A DNA stretch of 64,000 bases from Camelus ferus (taxonomy: Eukaryota). The notes under the pieces were generated by a model. That model searched no databases, was not told the origin of the DNA, and saw only the letters and a list, made by a program, of their open reading frames with translations. The position numbers were made by a program, and so were the translations under genes. Below, piece by piece: positions 50,023 to 61,625 of this stretch (the stretch's first letter is position 1; every line of letters starts with the position of its first letter). The stretch covers positions 38,318,001-38,382,000 of the forward strand of contig NC_045697.1 in assembly GCF_009834535.1 (NCBI RefSeq). Reading direction: 5' to 3'.

Positions 50023-50258
50023 TAAGGAAGAAGTGACAGTGGGTGTGCAGCCTGCCAACAGACACAAAGAGAGAGCTTGGAAGTGGTCTCTCCCTCTTTT
50101 CTATGTGTCCAAGTTTTAGTTGTTTCAAGGTTCAACTCCAAGTTCCGTCTGCACCGTGAAACTCGAGTGGTTGCTCTTGTCCTCAGAGGATATTTTTTTT
50201 CCTTTTATGAATTCCTAAGACACTTATTCTGTGCCATCAACTGGTACTTAAACAGATA

Positions 50259-50693
50259 TGTGTCAGTTTGCTAGGACTGCAGTAACAAAGTAGCACAAAT
50301 TGAGAGGCTCAAACAACAGAAATTTATTGTCTGGAGGCTAGACATCTGAGGTCGAGGTGTTGGCAGGGCTGGTTCCTTCTGAGGGCTGTGAGGATGGACC
50401 TCTTTCCTGCTGCTCTCCTAACTTCTGGTGGAGTGTTTGGCATCCCTTGTAGATGGCATTCTCCCTGTGTCTTCCTATTGTCCTTCCTCTGTATGTGTCT
50501 CTTTCTCTTCACAGAATGTGCTCTTTTTATAAGTACACCAGGCATATCGGATTAGAGGCCAATATGACACCAGTATGACTTCATCTTAACCAACTACAAC
50601 TACAATGACCTTATTTCCAAATGATGTCATGTTCTGAGGTGGTTAGGACTTCAACATATGAATTTTGGGCAGGACACCCTTCAACCCATAACA
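50259..50693 (-). mobile_element. MLT1B/C-like MaLR LTR
   Basis: TGTGTCAGTTTGCTAGGACTGCAGTAACAAA...ACAACAGAAATTTATT...TTCAACCCATAACA. Confidence 0.8.
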
Positions 50694-51335
50694 GTGTATA
50701 GAGTTTTATCCCAAAGCACTCACTTACATTCAGCAAAATGCTCTCAGACAAGAAATATAAAAATGGAAAGGAAAAACACAATCTGAATAATCTAAATGGC
50801 TTTGCCCACTGTTTTGCTTTATGCTCCCCAGAGGAAATTGAGACGGAAGATGAAATTCTGCCACTCACTCAGTCAGATGCAATTTCCTTATGCCTGTTAG
50901 AAACTCAGCATCTAGTCACTTAGAATGTGATCTAGTGTTTAAAAATATGTATTCTGTAATATACGATATTTGCCCTGTAGGCTGGCTTTATAATCTCACT
51001 TCCAATGAGATGCTATCTTACATTTTGCTGGGCTGCTCTAGTTCATTATACATCAATGGCAGAATAATGCGTTTACACTTCATTGAATTCTTTCACTTGT
51101 ACCTGGACAGCCCTCTCCATCCCTCTCCCACCCCAGCCATAACTAAACAAATAAACACAGACTAGAAAGTTCTCAGCTTTTAAGTGAAACAAAAAGGGAG
51201 GGAGTATGGGAGGAAGAAAGGAGGAAACAAAAAATGAAAAAGCTTTCTGCAAGGGTAAGGCTCCACAGGATATATGACATGGAGGTTTATCTTCCTGCTC
51301 ACCCAGACTAAACAAAAATGTCAAAACTAGGGGAG

Positions 51336-51796
51336 TGTGGTGGGTTGAATGGTAGCCCCCCCACCCATTAGATATATGTCCACATCCTAATCCTTAGAAC
51401 CAGCAAATGTTACCTTATTTGAGAAAAGGATCTTAGCAGATGTAAGTCAGTTAAGGATCTTGAGATGAGGGGACCATCTGGATTTTCTGGGTAGGTCCTA
51501 AATGCAATGATAAGTGTCTTTATACAAGACACACAGGGAAGATTTGACTAATACAGAGAGATGGAGGTAGAAGCTGGAGTGATGTTACAAGCCTAGGGAG
51601 CCAAAGAATGCCAATGGTCACCAGAGGCTGGAAGAGGCAAGGAAGGCCTCTCCCCAGAGCCTCTAGGGGGAGGGCAGCCCTGATGACACCTTGATTTTAG
51701 ACTTCTGGCCTCCGGAACTGTGAGAGGATACATTTCTGTTGTGTAAAGCCACCCAGTTTGTGATCATTTATAATGGCAGCCAGAGGAAACTAAAAG
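51336..51796 (+). mobile_element. MLT1C/D-like MaLR LTR
   Basis: TGTGGTGGGTTGAATGGT...AAGGATCTTGAGATGAGG...GACTTCTGGCCTCCGGAACTGTGAGAG. Confidence 0.8.
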
Positions 51797-52168
51797 TAGA
51801 GGAGCGACTAGATGGACTGAATAGGATCAGTACCAAAGAACAGAGGCTAGGAAACCCCTGCCGTGCACATCGCACGCACCGAGCAAGCAAGTGCCAAGGG
51901 GCCTCTGGGAGACAGGGTAGTCTGTGCACGTATAGCACTGTGTCTAGGAGCTTTCACAGCTGTCTTTCTCATTATCGTCTGGAGAGGGCCGCACATTTGC
52001 AGCAGCCAGCAAATAGCTTGTTGATGTCCAGCATGAATAATGCGTATCTGTACCCACAGAGTTTGCTCAGCCTGGAACTGATGCAGCCTGCTGGCGGACC
52101 TGTAATGAGGTAATGAAGATGAGTGGAGCAAAGCAGCTACTGCTGGTTAAGGTGAAACTACATGCAAC

Positions 52169-52830
52169 TGTTACCAAACTCAGGCTCGGCTGCTCATCAT
52201 TCAAGAATCCAATACTGAGAGACAAGTGTTAGATAAAAGGAAAGACAGCTTTATTACAGAAGCTGGCAAGCCTGGGGAGGAAGTGGACTAATGTTCCAAA
52301 GAACCAACTCCCTGCTGCCAATCAGGGGGCAAGAGTTTTTAAAGGGGAGTTTCAGGACTGAATAGGCAGAGGGAGGGGACTACATGCAGAACAGCTCCAA
52401 CAGTCATCTTGAAATTGGTCATGCAGTGGTCTGATCAGTGACATCTTGGTTGTTTTAAGTATAGTTACTCTTCAGTTCCAGAGTCAGTTTGTTCCCATTT
52501 CCTTGAGGCTAATTCTTGGAATTGTGCAAGACGGAGCAGCTTATGTCATGGCTACAGTCTGGTCATCATGTAGTTAATTTCCATTTGGTGAGGGTTTCAG
52601 TATCTATAAAACAGCTCAAAGAATATGGCTCAAAATATTATCTATAGCTCTTGAGGAGGAACTATTGTTTTGTCTTGTTTGACTGTTTTCTTTTGTTTCT
52701 GCATTTTCTTATGTCTCTGATTAAATTTATCCTTTGCCTAAAGTTTTTCTACTGACCAGAGGCAGGCAGAGGACATGGTGGTGGGGGACGTCTGTTCTGG
52801 GAAGGCCCTGTAGGGTCCTACTCCGTTACA
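52169..52830 (-). mobile_element. ERV1-type solo LTR
   Basis: TGTTAC...GTTACA termini, minus-strand AATAAA at about 52250, near-match 4-bp TSD CAAC/GAAC. Confidence 0.7.
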
Positions 52831-53307
52831 GAACCAGCTCAAGATTTCCTATGGAGCAAGACAATAAAAAACACTCCACCAAAACCAACTCTACTGCTGT
52901 TAGCCCCTTCAGGGCTACATGGTGCCACCAGTCCCTGGGCTTTTGGGGTTTCTGCAGAGTAGTTAGGTTGCTTCTTACCTTTTCCCATTGCTGACTGGGA
53001 TTCAAATTTTTCAAGGCTGAGAAGTCAATTTCTAGCTGTCCAGCTGCTTGCCAGTCACCAAATTTTATTGCTCTTATCTCCTCTACCATTCACTTTGTTC
53101 TCAAGCCTTTTTAAGTGTATCTTTAAAATTCCTTTACTGATATTTTAGAAGGATGAAGGAGGCAGGGAGAGAGTCTGAAGCTAATATATACATTTAACTT
53201 GCCATCTCTAATTAGAAAGATGCAAAATTTTTATCTGAAGATTTGTACTTTGATTCAGTTCTGGGAAACTCTTAACAATGATCTCTTTAAACATTTCTTC
53301 TCTGATG

Positions 53308-53842
53308 AATTAGTTTTCTCTTCCTACAGTAACAAGTCACCATAAACTTAGCAGCTTAAGACAACACAAATTTATTATCTCATAGTTCTGTAGGTCAAAA
53401 GTCCAGGTGGGCTCTGCTGCCAAAATCAAGGTATCAGCACCCTGGGATTGTATCTGCAGGTAAGAGAACAGGGGAAGAAATCTGCTTCCACGCTCACTCA
53501 GGTTGTTGGCAGGAATTCAGTTTCCTGTTGCTGGAGGGCTGAAGTCCACGATTCCCTGCTGGCTGTTAACCTCCTTGAGCTCTCCTAGGATCCCTGCATT
53601 CCCCATCACACTGCACCCTCCATCTTCCAACCAGCAACAGCCGTCAAGTCCTGCTCACACATCTCTGCTTTTAAGGGTTTGTGCAAATGCATTGGACCCA
53701 CCTGGAAAATCTCGGACACTCCCTATTTCAAGGCCTTTAACTACCTTAATTATATCTGCAAAGTCTCTTTTGCCATGAAATGTAACATATTCATAGGTTC
53801 CAGGGATTTGGATCTGGACATCTTTGCGGGGTCTGCCTACTA
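53308..53842 (-). mobile_element. MLT1-family MaLR LTR
   Basis: AACAAGTCACCATAAACTTAGCAGCTTAAGACAACACAAATTTATTATCTCATAGTTCTG...CATAGGTTCCAGGGATT. Confidence 0.75.
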
Positions 53843-54146
53843 TCCCTTCTTCTGCCTTCCTCGAGTCTCTGAAGCTATTGTCTGTATTTCTTAATTGCTT
53901 TTAAAATATATTTTATTTCTTTGTCTGCACTGGGTTCTAGGTAAATTCTCTAATTCTTTTTTTTTCTAATTCTTTTAACTGTGCCTAATCTACAGTTCAT
54001 CCCACCTGATAACTTTTTTAATTTTGATGACTATATTTTTAATTTCCAAATCTTCCGTTTGGTTCCCTTTCATATACATCTGTTCTTGTTTCATTTAATA
54101 ATTCTTATTCTTTCTGATAGCAGTGCTTCCTTCCACCTGTCTAGAC

Positions 54147-54362
54147 GAGTGGTTTTCCACCAGCGGTGATTTTGCCTCCGGAAGGAACAGCTGGCAATGT
54201 CTGCGGAGATTTTTGGTTGTCGCAACTTGGCAGATGCTACTGGCATCTAGTGGGTGGAAGCCAGGAATGCCACTAAGCATTCTGCAATACACAGGACAGG
54301 TCCTCTGAGACAAAGAATTTTTCAGCCCAAAATGTCAAAAGTACTTAGGTTGAGAAACCTTG
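54147..54362. mobile_element. MER20 hAT MITE
   Basis: GATTTTGCC...GGCAATGTCTG...TGCTACTGGCATCTAGTGGGT...GCCCAAAATGTCAA; 8-bp TSD GTCTAGAC/ATCTAGAT. Confidence 0.85.
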
Positions 54363-55823
54363 ATCTAGATCACGTTACACATACTCATTTTAAAGGTTTC
54401 ATCAGAATCTTCAAGTACAGAGAATTCATGTTTTGATGTTTTATTTTGTTGACTATCTTCATTAGCACTGGATTTCTTCTTTGTATTTGATTTGCAAGCT
54501 CATTTTCAGTGAAAGGTTATTTCTTTTTCTCTCTGCATCTGGCTTTCCCTCCTCTTAATTGTCAGTTCTGAGGGTGGCCCCACCAGGATTGCCCCACAAT
54601 TCAGAGTTCCTGTCCTCTGGTGGTTTTGGAGAACTAGAAAGCCCAGAGCAGGCTCAGTTTCTGTTTCCTTCTGCCTCCCCAGCCCTACCACTTGCTCAGA
54701 GACTAGGACCTGGGGGGGGGGGGTGCACCAGGTATCTCGACCTTAGACCTTGGAGTCAGTCCAGCTGCGAGTCTGACTCTGGCCTTCCATGTCACCTGGA
54801 GCAAAACTGGCCTGTTACTTCAGGGTCCCACTCGCCTTTCTGAATTTCTTTGATTTTGGTTTTTACATTTTCTAATTCCTATGTGTTTGGGGCAAAGAGA
54901 AGCCAGCCAAAGTGTCATCTGGACTGGACGGCTATTGCATAGCCACTTTGCTATGATACGAATTTATTTTTGGCTCAAAAAAGATATTTGTCACATCAGC
55001 AAAAGTGTGTTTAATTTTACCCGTTCAAGACTACAAAAACCATCTACAGAACCTAACTCATTGCCTCCTAGAAATTCCATAAAACAACTTACTAAAGCAC
55101 GTGGGAAAATAGACAAGGCACACACAATGGAAAAATGGGTACAAAGTTATTTACAACTCACAGAGCAGTTAAGTGATAATGCAAAGATGGAAGAACATTT
55201 TCAGAATGGAAGTCCTACTTGGGAGAGTAGTAAACAAAAAAGTAGGAAACAAGCTCCTCTCTGATCATCTAAAAGTTTTCACGGAAGAAATGCAATTCTA
55301 GGATTTGACCATGTGTTTTCTGTATGTGAGCAAGCTCTCTATAACAAGTTGATTTACATTTAATTGCATTCACAAATGTTTATTGCGGTTGGTGTTAGAA
55401 AAACATAGCTGAGTAAAATAATCTCTGACTCAAGGAATTCACAGTTGGTGGGGTGGCAGGGAGAGACATACAAATAAATAATTACGTTTTGACGACTTGA
55501 GTTATAACTCATGGGATCAAAATACAATGTTTTACTCATCGTAATGGAAAGGGTATAATATAAGGGTCTGCACATCTTTATGGGGACATGGGTGTGGAAG
55601 CAACAGTTAATGGTATTGGGTGCTTGTCAGGGAAAGTTGCAACGGCAATTGGAATATTTAAGCTGGAGTTTACGTGGTGAATTGGCGTGCACCTAGCAGG
55701 TGAAGGCTAAGCCGCAGCAGGGACCAGGGCTGGGCAGCGTTTTAACCCCGCGCCCAGAAGGTCAAGGCACCCGACGAAGAGGAGGCCCCAGTCTCTGACA
55801 CCCGCTGAGGTTCGGGGTTTGCC

Positions 55824-55841
55824 GGCCGCCAGGGGGCGCCG
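55824..55841 (+). promoter_or_regulatory. CTCF motif
   Basis: GGCCGCCAGGGGGCGCCG closely matches the CTCF core CCACCAGGGGGCGC. Confidence 0.7.
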
Positions 55842-55947
55842 TGGCCCCGCGCGGTAGGGGCCGTTGCGTTTCCGGGCACCGGGGCCCAGCGCCGCCATCT
55901 CTGTCCCGCGAGTCCCCGCCGCCCGCGGCGAATCGTCTGCGGCTCCC

Positions 55948-55961
55948 GTTACCGGGGCAAC
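55948..55961. promoter_or_regulatory. RFX X-box
   Basis: GTTACC-GG-GGCAAC fits GTNRCC(N0-3)RGYAAC. Confidence 0.75.
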
Positions 55962-55999
55962 CGCGGCGCCTCCTCCGCGCCGGCCCGGATCGTCTCTCC

Positions 56000-56013
56000 G
56001 CGCCATTTTCAAA
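56000..56013. promoter_or_regulatory. Overlapping YY1 motif and CHR element
   Basis: GCGCCATTTT (YY1) and TTCAAA (reverse complement TTTGAA, CHR). Confidence 0.6.
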
Positions 56014-56121
56014 CTGTCCTGGCTCCGGAGCCGGTTTCTGGGGCGGAAGGAGCCAGCGAGGGAGGCGAGGCGCAAGGGGCGATGCGACTGCAGGCGGAGG
56101 GAGCGGCGGCCGGGGCTTCGG
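56010..56121 (+). other. CEP135: CEP135 non-coding exon 1 (start approximate)
   Basis: Donor TCGG|gtgagc at 56121/56122 within the CpG island; the TSS cannot be fixed from sequence. Confidence 0.6.
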
Positions 56122-57554
56122 GTGAGCACGCCGCGGGGCGGGAGGGCCGGGCGGGGCGGCGCCTCCGCCTCCCGGGCAGTTCCCGCGGGCCGGGCCCGGG
56201 CGCTGCCGGGAGGGCGGCCGCGCGGCCGCGGGAGGAAGTGGGGCCCGGGCGGGCGGGAGACTCCCTGCCGGCCCCGCTGCCGACACCCGCTTCCCTTCAA
56301 CACCCGACCGTGGAGTTGCGGCCCGGAGGTCGGCCTGGGGCTGCGGGATCCCGGGGTTCCTCCTGCCCCGCTCGCCACGGGCGTCGGTGCGGTCCCTGCA
56401 GCCCGCCTGCTACTGACTGATGGGTTGATTTAAAAGTTAAAATGCCTTCTTCCTGTAAGAATCGTACAGACTCGATAAAAATAAAAGTGCCCCAAAGCGT
56501 AGGACGAGAACCATTTACTAACTTCTGGCCGGCACCTTAGTAAACATCCCCTCTGCCTTCCACTCTTTACTACTTTTAGTTCGATAAGGAAGGACTCCGA
56601 GATAACCTCAGTTAGGGTTGGTTTGGAGTTTTGTTTTGTTGTTGTTGTTGTTTACTTGTTTGTTTAGCCTCTGTGCATGTATATACACAGGATACTTTTG
56701 TAAAAGTAAGATGTACTAGCTTTCAGACATCAACCCCCCCCCCAGAGTTAAGCAGGTGGATCGTTCTAAATAAGTATGCGTGGAGGATCTCCAAACCTAA
56801 CCTTTTATGTTGCTTTGCTAGAAACTTTAAGGATAGTCACAATGTTTGGATGGTGGGGGTGGGGGGTTGCGGGGGACAGCGGCTCATGGGTGGAGAAAGC
56901 GTAATAGCATGTTTTTTGTCCTTGGGAGGATTTTAATCTTCATCTGCCCTGTGTGTTGATGATTTTTTTGATTCATATTCATATTCATATGAATATCATA
57001 TCAAAAGTATCATTTCTGGGTAAGCAAAGTTGGTATCAGACAAAAAAGGAGAAACGTTTCGGCGGTGAGGCCCTGCTAGTTCTTGGTTTGACAGGTGCGT
57101 TGCTGATGTCTCCAGGAGTTTGTCTTCAACACCCTGCATCAGTCAGGTCCCTCTTGTGGAAAGAACCTAGAAAGAACCTATTATAGAATGGGGACGCGAT
57201 TCAAAGAGGCTTGCAGGAGTGTGGAGAAGGAAGTGTTTGTAGAAAGGAGTAATCAAACAGGTGCTAACCCAGGAGTAATTTGGTAGGTTGAGGCGGCAGA
57301 GTACAGAAACCAGAGAAACCAGAGGATCAGGACTCAGGAGACCTGATTGCCCATCCCTTTGTGGCCCTGTGTTTTAAGAAAAGTTACTCTCTTGAGGCAG
57401 CCTTTCCTCATCTTTGAGGAAGGAGGATGTCCTCCGCCCTGTCTCCCTCATAGAGTAGTTGCCAGGATCCAATTGTGCATGTGTTCATACAAATGCATGT
57501 CTTCTAAATTGGAGAGCATGAGCAGTATGCCTTTCTTGTGTGTGTGGTGTGTGG

Positions 57555-58650
57555 CTTTTTTTAATCTAAAAATCTACGTAAAATTTATGTGGTGAAATGC
57601 ACAGATCTTAAGTGTGCTATTTGAAAAGCTTTGGTAAATGTATACACGGATGTAATCTCTATCCCCATCAGCACAATATTTTCAGAAAGTTCTCTCTTAG
57701 CCCTTCCAGTCAATCTCCACCACCCCCACAGCCCTAGGTGACTGCTGTTCTGATTTCTGTTCACATAGTTTAATTTTGCCTGTCCTTAAACTTCATATAA
57801 ATGAAATCATACAGTACATGTATGTGGCTTCTATTGCTCAAGTGATGTTTTTAAAATTCATCCATGTGGTTGTATCATGGGTGTATAACTACTGATACAC
57901 GTCCCTTTTATTCCTGAGTAGTATTACATTGTATAAATATGTATAGTTTATTTTTTCTTCTACTGTTGATAGATACATAGGTTGTTCCCTGTTTGGGGCT
58001 ATTATGAATAAAGCTGCTATGAATATTCTTGTAGAGTCTCCTTGTAGATGTTTATTTTCATTTCCTTGAGTAAATACTTCGGAATAGAATTACAGAATCA
58101 CAGGATAGAAGTATGCTTAACTTTATAAGAAACTGCCAGACTTTTTCCACAGGGGTTTTATACTCCTGTCAGCAATGTGAAGATTCCAGTAACTCCAAAT
58201 CCTTGGCAACATTTGGTATTGTGCCTTTAATTTTAGCCAGACTAGTATGGGCGAAGTTGTATCCCATGGTGGCTTAATTTGTGTTTCCCTGATGTCTCAT
58301 GGTGTTAAGCACCTTTTCACATGATTATTCTCATCACGTATCTTTTGCAAATATTGGCCCGTTTTCTTATTCGGTTGTCTTTATTATTGAATCTTAAGAG
58401 TTCTTCCTATATTCCATGTACAAATCCTTTGTTAGATATTATGAGTATTTTCTCCTTTTGTTTTTGTTTTGTCAAACAAAAGAGTGTATTTTGATGACTA
58501 GACATTTTAAATGTGAAGAAGTCCGATTTATCAAATTTTTCTTTTATATTTAATGCTGTTAAAAAAGGCCTGTCAGTGTTCTCTGCCTATCTCCGGCTTT
58601 TTTTCCTTCTAGAAGCTTTATTGTTTTAACTTTAATGTACAGGTTTATGA
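57555..58650 (-). mobile_element. Older L1M 3' end in CEP135 intron 1
   Basis: GTGAAATGCACAGATCTTAAGTGT, CATATAAATGAAATCATACAGTA and TTTGGGGCTATTATGAATAAAGCTGCTATGAATATTC motifs. Confidence 0.85.
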
Positions 58651-58886
58651 GGAGATACTTATTTTAGTGCAGCAACATAAATATCATAAGCATTGGATTT
58701 AAATCTATCTAAATATTCCAGAAGGCTGCCTACCTGAAAAGAAACAAAAAAACATTGCTTCATATTAAACGAATCTTTTCTTTTAGCATGAAATAATAAT
58801 AATAGCTAATAATTGAATGATGTTTCACCTTTTTCTTTTAGGACTTTAATTTTTGGACGTGAATAAAACTAGTTTTGGAAGATAAG

Positions 58887-58999
58887 ATGACTACAGCTGC
58901 AGAAAGAAAGTATGTTAATATTAGGAAAAGGCTGGATCAGTTGGGATATCGCCAGACTCTGACAGTGGAGTGTTTACCTTTGGTAGAAAAACTTTTCAG
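58887..58999 (+). CDS. CEP135: CEP135 first coding exon (exon 2 begins at 58842)
   Basis: tttag|GAC...AAG ATG ACT; MTTAAERKYVNIRKRLDQLGYRQTLTVECLPLVEKLF(S); CAG|gtaaag; in-frame upstream TGA at 58860. Confidence 0.95.
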
Positions 59000-60501
59000 G
59001 TAAAGCTAAAAATACAATTCTAAACCTGTGTGATCCTTAATGCCATTTATCTAGTTTCTGATTGAACTTCTGCTTCAGTAAAGAAATGGGTGGAGTTTTA
59101 AAAAGTCCTTAAATCGTCTGAAGCTCCTCTGTTCTTAGGTCCTTCTCCCCTGTCATCAGTTCAGGGCCTCCGCATTGCAGAACTCCTGAGTCAACCATTT
59201 AAACTATGCCGTTCAGAGTAAATGTTTCTGAGGATTTTGCCTGTGAATAAAAGTACAATTTTTAATGTGATTTTCTGATATAGTTAGAAGTTCTGTATCT
59301 GCTTTACCCACTGGTCTTTATTTTTCATTGAAATACAGTTGACATGTCCCTGGGCTCTAATTACTGTTACATCTGTAATGGTTCTCTAACGTGGCTGGCC
59401 ATTCCTTTACCTGTTACATATTACTTTAACTGAAAGAGTCTTTGTGATTTTTGTTCTTTTCCACGAGTTCTGTTACTGTGATCTGAGACTCGAAGCAGGG
59501 AAGTTGCTCAGGAAGCTTTTGCGGTAGGACTGCAAGCGATGATGAGGGAAAGGAGAGAACGAGCATGAAAGATACCTTGTGGTCTTCAGTAGGGTCTCTA
59601 GGATCCCTCATGATCTAGTTCTGGAGCTGCATTTCAGAGTTATAGGGTAGAAGGATGTTTAACTTTCTAAGAAACTGGCAAACTTTTTCCACAGTGATTT
59701 TACACTTGCACAGCTTCATCTCCCGTGTATGAACCACTAGAAGCTCCTAAACACATGTACACTGTCACCCTTGGTCTCTCCATATGTAAAGCCCTTCTCC
59801 CCTCTCCCGCCTTCCTTGCTGGGATGCTCGGTTAGCTGTATGGCCCGCAGGATTCTGTCACACCTACCGCATGTAACCTGAAATACTCATCATTGTTAGA
59901 AACTTGTTTTGTCTTCCCGTTAGAATGCAAACTTCATGAGACCATAGGCTGACTCGATCGCTGCTATGCCTAGGGCAGGCTGAGCACATAGTTGGCACTG
60001 AACTATTTGTTGAGTTTATCACATAGTATTATAATTTTTGACAAATTGTTAGTGGAATATAAGCTCCGTGACAGTGGGTTCTCTGCTGTGTTGCCTGCTC
60101 AGTAAGTATCGATGGACTGACTGTTCCGCTGGTCTCTGTTCTTAGAGTGATTCTTATTTGTTGTGGTCCTTGTTCTTAGCATATAGCAGACATTCAGTAA
60201 ATATTCGTTGAATAAACAAATAAGTTTCACAGATCCCACAGCATCAGGTAACTAATTAGATATGGGGGACAAGTGAGAGAGATTCTAACTATGTGGCTCA
60301 TAACTTTCAATTAATTCTGTTTGAAGAAATTTTTGAGTACTTCCTGATACTTTGAAAGACTCCTAGTGTTTGTTTATTTTTGGATTTGAGCCCACTTAGC
60401 ATTAACATTTATTTTAAGTCTTTTTAGAAATATGTTTTTAGTTATTAAAGGTTAATAGGCTGTTTTCTTGTATTTACATTTTTTTTGTTCTTTAATATTA
60501 G

Positions 60502-60692
60502 TGATCTAGTTCATACAACTGAAAGTCTTCGGAAATCAAAATTATCTGCTGTGAAAGCTGAAAAAGAAAGTGCCAATTTCGATTTTGTATTGGAACCTTA
60601 TAAACTTGAAAATGCAAGATTGAGTAAGGAAAATAATGAATTATACCTGGAATTAATGAAACTGAGAGAACAATCAGGCCAACACATTAAAG
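60502..60692 (+). CDS. CEP135: CEP135 exon 3
   Basis: attag|T GAT...AAA G|gtaaaa; 191 nt; DLVHTTESLRKSKLSAVKAEKESANFDFVLEPYKLENARLSKENNELYLELMKLREQSGQHIK. Confidence 0.95.
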
Positions 60693-61457
60693 GTAAAACT
60701 ATGATTTTTTAAATGCAATATTTTTGCCCTTTTTGTCTTATATGTAGGAAAAAAGCTAGTCTACTTTTAAAACTATTGATTAGAAAATGTGACAGTCTTC
60801 CTGTTGACAGCTCTTGAAATATCGTAGGGTATGTTGAAGAGTTCTCAAGAAGGAAAATAAATTTGCATTCCATAGCTAAATTCATCTTCACTGTATGAGG
60901 ATTACATTTTTAGAATTAAAATTGCTGTAGAAAATATTAAATGCTGGTACTGAAAAAAAATGTTCTTGAAACAACTTTGTTATTCTTTTATGGGAAATAA
61001 GAAGAGTAAAGTGAGGTGAAAGCCACATATCGTTCTGATTCTTTACTTCCCTGTCTTTGACCTGGAAGGTAGGAATGGAATAATTTCAAAGGTACTGAGC
61101 AAAGAGTAATTATATGGCTAACTTAGTATAAACTCTTCTTGTACTTAGTGGAAAGCCCTCTCTAATACCTGGCATGAATTCATAATCCCTTAGCATCATA
61201 TCCAATTTATTGGATCAGAAATCATGATTTATATTAGGCTCATAAAGCAGAAGAAAAATGTAATTTCTTTTTGTGCTTAGTGATTTATTTGCAGTTTTGT
61301 TAATAGTGGTAGAAGACGTATAGCCTTTCCAGCAAAGCATACGTAAGACTCAGGTGGAGCCTTTCGAATTACTGTGACTTTTTGTATTTTGTGAAATGGA
61401 AGCACTTCTTACATTTCTTGATCTGTAAAATAGTCTTTGAATCTTTTTCATTTTAAG

Positions 61458-61625
61458 AGTTGAAAACTACACTGAAAAAGTGTGCACATGAAACAGCTGA
61501 TCTGAAATTTCTAAATAATCAGTATGTTCATAAACTCAGACTTTTAGAGAAAGAGAGCAAAGCTAAGAATGAAAAAATTCAACAACTTCAAGAAAAGAAT
61601 TTGCAAGCTGTAGTACAAACCCCAG
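61458..61625 (+). CDS. CEP135: CEP135 exon 4
   Basis: ttaag|AG TTG...CCA G|gtgagt; 168 nt; (E)LKTTLKKCAHETADLKFLNNQYVHKLRLLEKESKAKNEKIQQLQEKNLQAVVQTP. Confidence 0.95.

Larger units (their letters stand above)
55700..56410. promoter_or_regulatory. CEP135: CpG island and CEP135 promoter
   Basis: Abrupt GC- and CpG-rich block about 2.5 kb upstream of the first coding exon. Confidence 0.92.

Noticed and set aside
49882..50128. Poly-His and poly-Ile ORFs
   Set aside because: Translation of the (GAT)n microsatellite.
54712..54723. G12 run as a functional G-quadruplex
   Set aside because: An isolated homopolymer about 1 kb from the promoter with no supporting context.
55707..56433. Several overlapping long ORFs (up to 223 aa) on both strands
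   Set aside because: Low-complexity R/P/G/A products expected from stop-poor CpG-island DNA; no recognisable domain.
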